Positions 41,570 to 52,199 of a DNA stretch of 64,000 nucleotides are shown piece by piece. Made by a program: the position numbers and the translations under genes. The DNA lies in the NCBI RefSeq assembly GCF_000981445.1, contig NC_027218.1, positions 1,364,001 to 1,428,000 of the forward strand, in the 5' to 3' direction. Positions within the stretch are counted from its first letter, which is position 1. Every line of letters starts with the position of its first letter. The notes beneath the pieces are model-generated. The model saw only the letters and a program-made list of their open reading frames with translations. It made no database searches and was not told the origin of the DNA. The DNA comes from Babesia bigemina. Lineage: Eukaryota.

Positions 41570-44500
41570 ATGGCACCGCAATTCAAGAAGCTCACTGACT
41601 GCCCGGAAAATCTCCGGGAGGCCATCGACTGGCTGATACAGGTCAGGCATGGGAATGGTAATGGTGATGGTCTTGAGCATTTGGGCAAAGCTTTGAAAAA
41701 GTTGATTGAGGAGGCTATTCAGAAAGCTTACACCACTAATTTTGATGCACTTCTCAACATTCTCAATTCCGTCAAGTCTTACACCTGTTGTAAAGAGAAA
41801 GTGGCTAAAATTGAGGCACTTAAGAACCCTAAAATGCTTGCCCAAAACATCTTTGAAGACCTTAAGCATTTCTGTGAAAGCATTAGATATTGCTCTGAAA
41901 ATCACTTAGAATCTTCCCAACAAAAGTCCTTTGGTGACATTACCTCCAAGTTGGAACAGCTTGCTAAACTTAAAGAGGGTCTCACTGGATTCACTAATGA
42001 GACTCAATGTAAAGATTTACTTACTAACCTTTGTACTGGCCTCGAAAGTTTCCTCGGCTTCAACAAAGATTCAAAAGGCTACGACGGCAGTGGTATTGTG
42101 TACTCTGACTTGGATAGGCTGTGTGACGGGGTTATGGCGTTTTTGAAGGGGGTGTTGGAGGGTGTGGAAAATGAAGATGCGGTAGGGAAATACGTCGTTA
42201 ATGTTGATGAGATCATAAAGTTTGTCAATAAGAAAATTGGTAATGGACATGCGGGATTTATTTCTGCAATCACCAGTGTGGAATCCACGTTGTCGATGTG
42301 GAATAACATGTTGACACAGCGAACTAATGAGGTTAAGGGTCAATTAGGTGAGTTGAAGGATAAGCATATAAATAAGTATTCGCAGAATATTGAAGCTGTG
42401 AAAAACAATGGTTGTACAGCGATAAATACTTCATTAATGCAGTCTATTGTTAAACTCAAAGCATTTATGACTAACATTAGGAAAAATGATAAAGGATTTA
42501 ATGGCCTTGATACTGGTTTACAAGATAAATTGAATGTGCCGCTAGAGAAGGTAGATGATGGGATCAAAATTTTGCAGAATGCTACACAGGACGACGACTT
42601 TATAAAGGCCGTCTACGTTGTCCAGTCAACCTTTGCCAAATTGCCCAAAGAAATTGAGAGTTCCATATCGGAGAATGTTAAGAGTACTATTAGTGGGCAT
42701 GAGAGTGCGGTGGGTGTACTCAAAGAAACTGTAAAAAAAGAAGTTGAAAAATCTCGCGACGCATTTCTCACCGAACGCCTTGCCGTTTTCAAAGAGGATT
42801 TGGTGAAGGCCATTACTACGTTCAGTAAAAATGCATACAACCTGGGAGGTTTGAAGAATAAGACGGTTAGACAGGCGATTGAGGCAATTGAAAAGAAATT
42901 GGCGAAACTTAATAATGGCGAGGAGACTGTTGAAGACTCTGCAAAGTTGCAAGAATTAAGAACTGTGACTGTCATCCCCCAGACGAAGAGTATTAAAGAT
43001 GCACTTAATGAGCATGCAGGTGAAATTTCTACGAAGTTGAACACTTTGGATGATTCTATTGACGCACCGCAAAACTTATTTAGAACATATGAAAATGATT
43101 TGCTCAGGTTGGTTGAAAAAGCTAATGACGATTTGCAAAAGGCTCTAAAATGTGCCCGGGACAATGCTAAGAATTTGGGTGGGTTAAATAATATTGCGGT
43201 TAAGACGGCTGTACAGCAAATTCAAGTGAAATTGGATGATGCTGATAATATAACCAGCATGGAGAAGCTTAAAAAATTAAAAACCGATCTAATGGATAAG
43301 GAGCATATTGTAACCATTACGGATGCACTTAATCCGAAAGGCAGCGCCGTCAACAATACGATTCGGGATGCATTGAATCATATAGAAAATCCCGAAATTG
43401 TTTTTGCAACTCATAACAAAGATCTAGATACGTTAACTGAAAAAGCAAAAGCCGATTTGGTGGCCGCCGTCACCAACGTCACGGAATACATAGAGACCCA
43501 CGGTGGGATGAACAATAAGAAAGTTAAGGCCGCCTTAGACAAAATTGAATCAGCGTTACAGGAGTTTGAAACGCTAAGTATAGGTGTAGAGAGTTTGTTT
43601 CGCGTAGTCAATGCAGTTGATGAAGAGATTAGTGGGAAAGTTCCAAGTGTGGCTGCCCTTAGCGGTCTTCAAGCCAAATTGACCGGTGAACTGGAAATTC
43701 TAAAACAAAGAGTTCGTACGTTGAGCGATAAGAATACAACAGAATTAAAATCTCTCATAACATCTACCAGGTTGTATATTACTGATGCGATATACATAAT
43801 CGAGTGTTTCGGAACAACTTCTGAAGGGAAAAAAGAGGAGGAAGTTCATGGTGTAATAGGGCGCTTAGAAAAGCAGTTAAAGGAGCTCGATGATCCGTTT
43901 AAAGGTAAGAATTTAAGGGGATTTCATAGTTCCGTTAATGAACATCTTGCAAAACTTAAAAGTGATAATGTTGATTTTCAAGGCCAAGGCCTCCCACAAC
44001 TAAAAAACCCACATATGCCAGATATTAGTCAAAAACTGATAGAAGCACGTGATGCTGCCTTGAATCCTCTGCTGGATAGGGCGAAGGGTGTCGTTGAGAA
44101 GTATATAACGAATGCTGAGAATTACATCAATATTTCTAGGACCACATCTCTAAACGAATTTAGAGAAGCATTAGGCAGGTTAAAAGGAAACATTCAAAAA
44201 CTTAATGCGAATTCCGTGTTGACAGACTTTGAATCACAGCTGACAGAAGTTAATAGTCAGTTTGATAGTGCTAGAGATAATCCACAAGGTGCGGCCCAGG
44301 CCTTACTCCCACACTTTCAAGAATACATCGCACAAATTAAGAGACAAATTAGGCAGACATTCATACACGCGCAATCTACTGCCTTCCAAACGGCAATCGA
44401 CATATCCAGGGTAGAGGTTGGTGCTGTAGTTAGCAAAGCTAAGAAGGCGATTGAAGCAGCTTCACAGGAGTATCAGGCGGCAATGAATGGCCCACGTTCG

Positions 44501-47500
44501 CGCATTGATAAGGCGGTTAGTGATATTAAAGAGAAAGCTTCATCCGACACGCTTAACACTGTTACCTCTAATGTCTCCCCAGATTTTGAAATCATCATAC
44601 AAGCCATAAAGCAAAAATCAGTTTTCTCCGACGATTCAAATGAACGCCAGAAATATTTCAACGAACTTCAAGGGCTCATCACTAACACAACAAACACTCT
44701 GTCTGAGGCGTACAAAAACGCGTACAGGAGTGCAGCGAAGTCCTATCTGAGCGGAGCGATTGGTAAGATTAGGGTGGCGGTCACTAAAGCAGAGGATCAA
44801 TATTATCAGGCGATTCAACATGTAAATTTCGATTTAACCCAGATTAGTCATGACAACTTCACGAAAGAAACGGTGCGAACTTCATTAAGTGCAACACTCA
44901 CTAAACCATTCGCAACATTGCTCCCCAAAGTTGTAGAATATTCTGCATTCAGTAATGATTGTAGTGAACGTGTAAATTGTTTCACTCAGCTTCAAAGTTT
45001 AATAACCAACAAAGTATCCACTCTGACTGCCGCCTACAAAAGTGCTTATCAAAGTACTGCTAAGACGTATCTCAGTAAAGCAATAGGTATGATTAAGCAT
45101 GAAGTTGTTGAGACAGAGAAGAAGTATAAAACGGTAGTTGCTGGTACTGTTATGGAAATCGAGAACATTATTATTGGACTTAAAGCAGATGCATTCAAAA
45201 ATAAAAGAGCTCATTCTGCATTGAAAACGTTATTTGATGCGCCATTCAGGGTTTTGCAATCTACAGTCCAGGAATATTCCGCCTTTAAAAAAGACTTAGA
45301 TAATCGTAAAACATGTTTCTCAAAGCTTCACGATTTAATCGCCCACATGGTTCAAACACTCGTTGAAGCCTATGAACTGTTTGACAGGTGCGCAATAAAG
45401 GCAATAGATCACCTTCGCCAGTCATTCGATGATGCGAAAAGCAGAATTGATAGACTGGGAGTAGATGTGAAAGAAAAAGTAAGAAAGGCGTTCGACAAGG
45501 TTATTGGGGAGGTTTACGATATGTTCTCCAAAGACAAGATCGCGCTGTTAAAATCTTTGAGAATCTGCGTTGAGGAGCAGAGAAAAGAAGTTGAAAGAAT
45601 TATTGGCGTTGACTTAAAAAAAGGGGTTAAAGGATTACTACAGTTGCTGAAAATATGGCTTGATAAGAAAAGTGGTGACCTTAAAAACGCTCAAAACTTG
45701 AAATCGTTGGCTGACCTATTTAAACACCTCAACAAGCATCTTTATAGGTATGTTAAATTTCAATATGACGGATTGGAATTGGAAGATGATAGCGATGACG
45801 ATGATGATGATTCCCTATCTTCCACCCCTGCTGTCCGACTAGTCCCACCCCCGATTTCCGGTGGCAGTTATAGAGCGAGACCGGCAGAACCTACCTCTCA
45901 ACCTAAGGGGAATCCACTAGGTCGCGTCGGCATGCCTTATAAGACAGCGTCAACAGACCAGCAGCATCCTTCGCAGCCCACCAAGAACCCCATTGCGGAT
46001 CATCTTGACAGGCTTAAGGTGCATTCCGACAGACTTTTTGGCACACTTTCCGCCGGGTACTTTAGTAGATCATTCGCAACAAAATTGGAGGATGTAACAG
46101 AGTTCCTCAGCTCCATGCGCTCTTCAAATTTTGCAGGTATTGGCAGTCCATTATTCGACATCCTCACGTTAGGGCTTCAGTCTCTGACTCACGAACTTGG
46201 GAAGGCATATATATCGGCGTATGATACTCAGGCGTACAATTTCCAATGGGATACTGATAGAAATGCAGAGAACTGTGCCAAGTCATTCTTCACCCTTCTG
46301 AACAATGTCTACGAAGATATGGCCACGCTGAAAGAGAAGTGCGTAGACAAATCCAAATATGGTTGGAAAGACAAGAAAATTTGTAAAACTCAAAAAGGCA
46401 CAGGAAATTCACTTGGCGCGTTTTTCGAGAGGTGCGGATACAGGGTCCCTACTGATGACCAAGGCAAACAGGACGGGCAGTTGCAGTGTAAGGACAACAT
46501 GAAGGGTTCGGATATACGTGAGAAACTGGTTGAGTCGATGATTGACACGCTTAACAATTCGCATCTTAATGCGTGCATCAAGCAAAAATACTATCCAGAA
46601 CAGACGGCAAGAACGATGTATGATCTCTTCGACTTACTTAAATGCCTATTCCATCACCTCGACGAGTACAACGAGGTCTGCCACCTCGCAATATTCACCG
46701 CACGTAGGAACCCGTGCAGCGTTTATGACATGTTAATCTGGCTGACCGGTCTACCATACAACGTCGCACGTCCTGCAATGATGCGTGAAGGTATCGGTGG
46801 TCTGCTTGAAAATCCAAACAAGGCACTTGGTGGCGACGATGATGGCCTTTTGGCATATGAGTTGGACGACTTCTACCTCGATGCTCATCCAAGTAAGATC
46901 ACGTATCACGATATCGATTACACGATTCATCACATCAGTTCAAGCGCGTACGACATTATCACTTGCATAAGTGGCACCGGTGACGATGCGACATTCTACG
47001 GCAGCGACCTGTGCAACAACTCCTTCAAATTCAAGTATCCTACATCGGGTGAGGAATGTCTCGATATGCTTTTGGACATCCTCCGAAGACTGTTCCCGCC
47101 ACTTAAATTCTTGTTGACGCAGTGCAGTTATCCGGCCAATCTTAACGGTTGGTCACAGTGTGAGTACGGCAAGAACGTCTCCACTACTAAGTGGCCGTGT
47201 AAAAAGCACTCAACGTGCCGACGAAATGGCCAACCAAATTGTGAACCAAAATCACCACTTATGTCATACTTGAACGACTGCCTACCGGGCCATCTTCCGC
47301 ACCAACTAACCGATATTGGTTGCAAGTACAAATGTGACACCTGCCCTACATCAACGCCTGGACAACCATGTTTGACGCCACTCGGTTTCCGCGGTTTCTC
47401 AGGGTCCACGAAAACAGGTAAAGATATATGCAGAGCGCTGAACAAATTCTTTGACGATCGCAACCTGTCCGCCCTGTTTGGTCTCAGCACCAAGACGCCG

Positions 47501-48436
47501 ACCACTCTACCTGAACACTTCGGCTTCGTATCGTGTCTTGTCAAGGGATGGGTACAGAAATCAAAATTGGTAGGTGATAACATACAACAAACGTTCCATA
47601 AATCAATATCCAGCCGCTCTATATCATTATATAAGGAACCCAGTGAATTGACTGATGCGCTCCGCAATGCTTACGGTGACGCACGGCCTGCTCATGTTGA
47701 TCAGAGTCATCTGGCTGCATATGCGGCGTTATCACATCTGTCAATGACAACGTGCAGTGATCCCAACCAAAAAGCATATTGCGCTCCGTATATTACATCG
47801 CTATGCGGAGATTCATACACGTGTCTGCCATTTAAAAACTCTAATACCTATTTGTCGTGGGCAGTATATCTCCCATGGGATTTCTGGCAGCTACTCAACA
47901 ATTTCTACAATGACTTTTGCGATATGTTGTGTCAAGATTGGGGATGTCGCACGTGTTTACGCGCTGATAAATGCAGACGTGGTAAGCATGGCCTGGTAGA
48001 AAAACTTGATAATAAGGCTGACAGCCCTCATTGCAAATGCCCATCCATGGTACAGTGTAGAGGGGTCTCACCGACACTCTATCGGTATGGATTTGTATTT
48101 GGTGAGGCCTCAACGCTGAGTGACGGAAACTCCAAAAAGCTCTGCTCTGATTTCTGCACTCAATTGGGCAACGTGCTTAATTCGCAATACTTTAAAGACC
48201 TATTCACAAAATGTGATGAATACCTACTTGCCATCCGTTTCCCATTCATGACCTTAACTCTAGCGCTCTGGCTCCTCTCTCTGTTGTACCTCCTCCACAT
48301 CATGGTCATCCGCCTAGACCTGCTCCACATCAAATCGCATTTGCACTCACCCTCATCACATCGCATCGCCGCGCAATCACTACTCGCCGCGGCACGTGTC
48401 AACAAACTTGCCAAGATCACCTACCTGCAACCTTGA
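41570..48436 (+). CDS. ves1: Variant erythrocyte surface antigen (VESA/ves-family) protein, ~2288 aa, single ORF
   Basis: MAPQFKKLTDCPENLREAIDWL start, GYDGSGIVYSDLDRLCDGVM motif, helical repeats, Cys-rich C-terminal domain, TM segment, and RLDLLHIKSHLHSPSSHRIAAQSLLAAAR..YLQP tail. Confidence 0.9.
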   Translation: MAPQFKKLTDCPENLREAIDWLIQVRHGNGNGDGLEHLGKALKKLIEEAIQKAYTTNFDALLNILNSVKSYTCCKEKVAKIEALKNPKMLAQNIFEDLKHFCESIRYCSENHLESSQQKSFGDITSKLEQLAKLKEGLTGFTNETQCKDLLTNLCTGLESFLGFNKDSKGYDGSGIVYSDLDRLCDGVMAFLKGVLEGVENEDAVGKYVVNVDEIIKFVNKKIGNGHAGFISAITSVESTLSMWNNMLTQRTNEVKGQLGELKDKHINKYSQNIEAVKNNGCTAINTSLMQSIVKLKAFMTNIRKNDKGFNGLDTGLQDKLNVPLEKVDDGIKILQNATQDDDFIKAVYVVQSTFAKLPKEIESSISENVKSTISGHESAVGVLKETVKKEVEKSRDAFLTERLAVFKEDLVKAITTFSKNAYNLGGLKNKTVRQAIEAIEKKLAKLNNGEETVEDSAKLQELRTVTVIPQTKSIKDALNEHAGEISTKLNTLDDSIDAPQNLFRTYENDLLRLVEKANDDLQKALKCARDNAKNLGGLNNIAVKTAVQQIQVKLDDADNITSMEKLKKLKTDLMDKEHIVTITDALNPKGSAVNNTIRDALNHIENPEIVFATHNKDLDTLTEKAKADLVAAVTNVTEYIETHGGMNNKKVKAALDKIESALQEFETLSIGVESLFRVVNAVDEEISGKVPSVAALSGLQAKLTGELEILKQRVRTLSDKNTTELKSLITSTRLYITDAIYIIECFGTTSEGKKEEEVHGVIGRLEKQLKELDDPFKGKNLRGFHSSVNEHLAKLKSDNVDFQGQGLPQLKNPHMPDISQKLIEARDAALNPLLDRAKGVVEKYITNAENYINISRTTSLNEFREALGRLKGNIQKLNANSVLTDFESQLTEVNSQFDSARDNPQGAAQALLPHFQEYIAQIKRQIRQTFIHAQSTAFQTAIDISRVEVGAVVSKAKKAIEAASQEYQAAMNGPRSRIDKAVSDIKEKASSDTLNTVTSNVSPDFEIIIQAIKQKSVFSDDSNERQKYFNELQGLITNTTNTLSEAYKNAYRSAAKSYLSGAIGKIRVAVTKAEDQYYQAIQHVNFDLTQISHDNFTKETVRTSLSATLTKPFATLLPKVVEYSAFSNDCSERVNCFTQLQSLITNKVSTLTAAYKSAYQSTAKTYLSKAIGMIKHEVVETEKKYKTVVAGTVMEIENIIIGLKADAFKNKRAHSALKTLFDAPFRVLQSTVQEYSAFKKDLDNRKTCFSKLHDLIAHMVQTLVEAYELFDRCAIKAIDHLRQSFDDAKSRIDRLGVDVKEKVRKAFDKVIGEVYDMFSKDKIALLKSLRICVEEQRKEVERIIGVDLKKGVKGLLQLLKIWLDKKSGDLKNAQNLKSLADLFKHLNKHLYRYVKFQYDGLELEDDSDDDDDDSLSSTPAVRLVPPPISGGSYRARPAEPTSQPKGNPLGRVGMPYKTASTDQQHPSQPTKNPIADHLDRLKVHSDRLFGTLSAGYFSRSFATKLEDVTEFLSSMRSSNFAGIGSPLFDILTLGLQSLTHELGKAYISAYDTQAYNFQWDTDRNAENCAKSFFTLLNNVYEDMATLKEKCVDKSKYGWKDKKICKTQKGTGNSLGAFFERCGYRVPTDDQGKQDGQLQCKDNMKGSDIREKLVESMIDTLNNSHLNACIKQKYYPEQTARTMYDLFDLLKCLFHHLDEYNEVCHLAIFTARRNPCSVYDMLIWLTGLPYNVARPAMMREGIGGLLENPNKALGGDDDGLLAYELDDFYLDAHPSKITYHDIDYTIHHISSSAYDIITCISGTGDDATFYGSDLCNNSFKFKYPTSGEECLDMLLDILRRLFPPLKFLLTQCSYPANLNGWSQCEYGKNVSTTKWPCKKHSTCRRNGQPNCEPKSPLMSYLNDCLPGHLPHQLTDIGCKYKCDTCPTSTPGQPCLTPLGFRGFSGSTKTGKDICRALNKFFDDRNLSALFGLSTKTPTTLPEHFGFVSCLVKGWVQKSKLVGDNIQQTFHKSISSRSISLYKEPSELTDALRNAYGDARPAHVDQSHLAAYAALSHLSMTTCSDPNQKAYCAPYITSLCGDSYTCLPFKNSNTYLSWAVYLPWDFWQLLNNFYNDFCDMLCQDWGCRTCLRADKCRRGKHGLVEKLDNKADSPHCKCPSMVQCRGVSPTLYRYGFVFGEASTLSDGNSKKLCSDFCTQLGNVLNSQYFKDLFTKCDEYLLAIRFPFMTLTLALWLLSLLYLLHIMVIRLDLLHIKSHLHSPSSHRIAAQSLLAAARVNKLAKITYLQP

Positions 48437-48720
48437 TGAATCACCTCACCACCACTCACCTAACTCACTACCTAGCAACCCACCGCCTAACCAAACGCTC
48501 ACCCAAATATATTACGTAATACCTACTCAGCAATTGGCAGTCGATGTAGTTCATGCATTAATAGGTTCGTTGTTTGGGATGTTGAGTTGTGAGTTACTTG
48601 TAAGCGGCGTCCTCGTCATCCCATGGTGTTAGTGGGCAGTGATGTTGGGTGATAAGCCACTGATGTAGGCGGCTGAAGCGTGTTGTGATATGCGAAAGTG
48701 CGTTGTATGCAACGTTATTG
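48437..48720 (+). repeat. Conserved ves 3' flank/UTR
   Basis: Closely matches the reverse complement of ~1010-1289. More diverged versions of its distal part lie at ~52350-52560 and ~53650-53880. Confidence 0.75.
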
Positions 48721-49160
48721 TTTGGCACGTTAGCTATTATATACGTTACTAGAGTATGGATGTCACCGGGACTGCGAATTGGTGGTCAGTGGGCGGCTTA
48801 GTTATGTGACTCTAGTTGCAAGAATGCGAACGGCTAACATGGCAACCTTGTGCTGTAAGTCGGCTATACACTACTTAGAACACCAGCATATTGACACATA
48901 GAGCAGTGACGAAGTGGCGTGGTCTGTGGTGGGTGGAGTTGACTGCTCAACGGGCACCGGTTGATCTGCATGCCACGGCGATAATATCGCTCACATGCGT
49001 TAACTTAATGGTATTTATGTTGTGATAGCTGTGTAGTTGTCATGTAACCGGCGGTGCGCTGGATGTCGGTCATCTGGTTGCCACCATAACGCCGATGGGA
49101 GACGGCGTCAGTGTCGTTGGCTGACGTACGTGTTTAATGCCTGCACAGGTTGAGGGGAAG

Positions 49161-49523
49161 ATGTCGGAGTGCCAGTGTAGTACTAGCAGCAGCGGATCCT
49201 GCTCTGTATCGGGATGTAAGTGTTGTCCTTGGTGTTGTTCAAAGTGTTTGATTTGCTCTAAATGTAAAGAGAGTTGCACCACCTACACAAAAGACAAGGC
49301 GATATGCGATCTCTCAACATGTCCCAAATGTAGCGATAAAGGTTTGTGGAAGTGTTTTTGTCTGTGTTGTATGAAGAAGAAGGCTTGGATTTTCATCCCC
49401 CTCTTCATCGTCGTCATCATCGTCGTTTCATGCTACCATTTCGGATTGCTAAACATAACTTATCGTAAGCTTTCCAACATTTTTCCAACATCTCGACGGA
49501 GCGCCTACAGTGGACTCTCATAG
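49161..49523 (+). CDS. Small cysteine-rich single-TM protein, ves-associated family
   Basis: MSECQCSTS..CKCCPWCCSKCLICSKCKESC..CFCLCCMKKKAWIFIPLFIVVIIVVSCY; preceded by the conserved block and a leader acceptor (gcacag|gttgagggg). ATG 49137 probably lies in the intron. Confidence 0.8.
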   Translation: MSECQCSTSSSGSCSVSGCKCCPWCCSKCLICSKCKESCTTYTKDKAICDLSTCPKCSDKGLWKCFCLCCMKKKAWIFIPLFIVVIIVVSCYHFGLLNITYRKLSNIFPTSRRSAYSGLS

Positions 49524-49634
49524 GCTCACATATTATACGTAGACATGTCACATTAGTTAATAAAATATAGGCGGAATCTACCTTCACTCTCATGGCTTAG
49601 GTTTAGTTAACGTAATTGTCACTGATTTCTCCCT

Positions 49635-49751
49635 CTCCTCCACATCCGATCGCATTTGCGTAGTCCCTCAAGTCACCGTATTGCCTCGCAATCACCACTC
49701 GCTGCTGCAAAAATCGGCAGACTCCCCAAGATATCGTACCTGTAATCATAA
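49635..49751 (+). pseudogene. Relic of ves 3' end
   Basis: Translates LLHIRSHLRSPSSHRIASQSPLAAAKIGRLPKISYL*S*, i.e. the ves cytoplasmic tail with a stop replacing Q of YLQP. No upstream ORF. Confidence 0.8.
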
Positions 49752-51440
49752 TCGCATCTACACGTGTCATCTTCACCGCCAATTTAGTGACACTCATCAC
49801 CGTGATGACGCCACTACCTATCCCACGGGGTCCACCAACCACTAGGTAATATAGTTACCAGCTCCTGTTATTGCCATCAAAGTCTCCTAGACCATTCTGT
49901 CATGCCGATAATCCTAGTTTGCCATTGATTTCTCATTATTTTTAAGTTTCTCTAATAATTTCTGGAGCCCCTAAAACTCAACACCCACCTTATCCGCATC
50001 TGCAACTACTATTCCAAGTAACATGTCGTTCAGATAAGCAACGTTGCTCAGTCACCGTTTAATTTTCATGTCAGTACTTGGTATGTTAACGTAGTGTCTC
50101 AAGCTGAGTATAGCGCGTCCTGTCTCCTTTTTTTATTTAGAGGTGTATTTCTTGAATTAATATCACTGTTTGTGACTTATATACTAGGGGAAATGTAGTT
50201 GCTAGTGCAATGTCTATCCACTTCTCTCCATGACATGGGTATGACTTTGGCACTACGTGAATCGATAAGGTGGGGTACAACCATTAGCGTATTTGTCCAC
50301 AATTTGAAAGACTGTCAATGCCCGCAATACACAAAGATAAACGTTTTACGACAACTTTCACTGCACTTCAATGGCTCCACTAATGCTGAAGAATAACGGT
50401 GGCAACGGTTGCCTACACCAGACCATCGCTGGGATGCATACGGCGATGGCATTCACTGATCATGATATATTAACAGTGCATAATATCGACTGTTACATAA
50501 AGCTTCTGTTGTGTAATACGGAGAATATTGCAGTGCGGCTTTCGAGGTGGTACTCGCCACCGGCCTCACCGACACAGCTGACCGCTTCATTGACTGCGGG
50601 TGAGGGAAACCAATAGAATGCTCATATGGTAATGTTAGGAATCCTCAATGTGATGGATATGCGGGAACAGGACTCGATTGCAGAAGTGAGCGAAATATCC
50701 GAGATACGCCTCATGTATACAATGTCCCCGACCTCCTTTGGGCTGAGACTTGGCGAGTTGCCAGAGTGGGCAGTATAATGCTAACATGATGATGGAAAGT
50801 TGACTCTCTAGGGTACTAGCAATCACATTCGCAGAATGAGAGATCCACGTAGCCAACCGGGTTACGAAGTAATCGGGTAGATGTCACAGCGCTACTACCA
50901 CGTGGTTAGGTGGCTAAACAGCAACGCATTCAAGATATTGAAGCATGGCCATCGAAACATGATACCGTTTCGGCGGCAACTGATTTGATGCCTTATCCCA
51001 TGGCTGAATTTACAACATCCAAAACATAATGTAGACATGAATGTGGGAGTAATTGATCAGTCTATGTTTGACCCGATAAGCATGTTGTTTATGCGGTGTA
51101 AATCGTGCCTTTGTGATATATCTGGCGGTGTGGTTGGTGGCGGATGCTTGGGTGCTCACCTAGCGCCTACGGGAGACGACTAGGCGGCGCCACAATGCTG
51201 GGTCAGAAGGGCTGTACAGTATTCTACTCAGACAGCTCATGAGGACTCTCGTCTGCCAGCTTTGCTGCAGCCTCTTATGCCAGCCAATATCTGGTATTAC
51301 CGTATTCATGGGCTCATTGCTTTCCCCCTCCTCAGGTAGGTGGGATGTTTATAAGATGATCGTCCTGTCTGATGGGTTTTGAGAGCACAAAATGAGTCTT
51401 TTGCTGCTTTGATATCACGCATAATATAATCGCTGGGCGA

Positions 51441-52199
51441 TCCACTCCACACCCCGACTGCCCTGACTGGGACCATCTTGGTCGCCACGACCTCCAAGCT
51501 GTCAGTGGCATCCGAGGTTCTGAGTCCCTCAACCACAAGTCCAACTCCAACCACAGCAATGAGCATCCCCGTACCCTGTCCACACTGGTCGGCTGTAGCA
51601 GTGACTCTGCCAACTGCCATCCACACTGCTCGCCCATCACCTACCGGGCGTACTCCCTGTACTCTCCGACTTTCGCCCACACCTACCTCAGCTGGACGGT
51701 GTACCTGCCGGACAGGCTGCGGGAGTCACTTCAAAAGCTGTGCAATGACATGATAAAGTATAAATGCTCCGATGGCAAATCCCTCTACTCATGTTCCACT
51801 GCCCTGCCCCTCCTCTACTTACACGGGTTCACGCCGCCGGAGGGCACATCGCAGGTGTCACTCAAGTGCTCTGATGTTATAACTAAGCTGAAGGAAATTG
51901 TCAACGGTGGCCCTATCGCATCACTCATGACCTGCATGGACTATTTCCTCTACGGTATCCGGGAGCCATTCATCTTCAGTCTCGTGGCACTCTGGTCCAC
52001 CGCATTCCTCATCTTCGCCAACACAATGTTGTACCGCCTGGACATACTCCACATCCGATCACACCTCATCCGCTCCAAGGCCTCGCACCGCATCGACGTC
52101 AAGGCCTTACTCACCAAAGGCCGGAAGATGCTTTCACTTTACAAAGACGTCGACTACTTCGACGAGGACCCTATTGGCCAAATTGGCATTGTACAGTAG
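51441..52199 (+). pseudogene. ves1: 5'-truncated ves1 gene of a second subfamily (C-terminal ~250 aa)
   Basis: Open frame STPHPDCPDWDHLG..HPRTLSTLVGC..PITYRAYSLYSPTFAHTYLSWTVYLPDRL..TM..YRLDILHIRSHLIRSKASHRIDVKALLTKGRKMLSLYKDVDYFD. In-frame stop at 51393 and no ATG before the homologous part. Confidence 0.8.
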
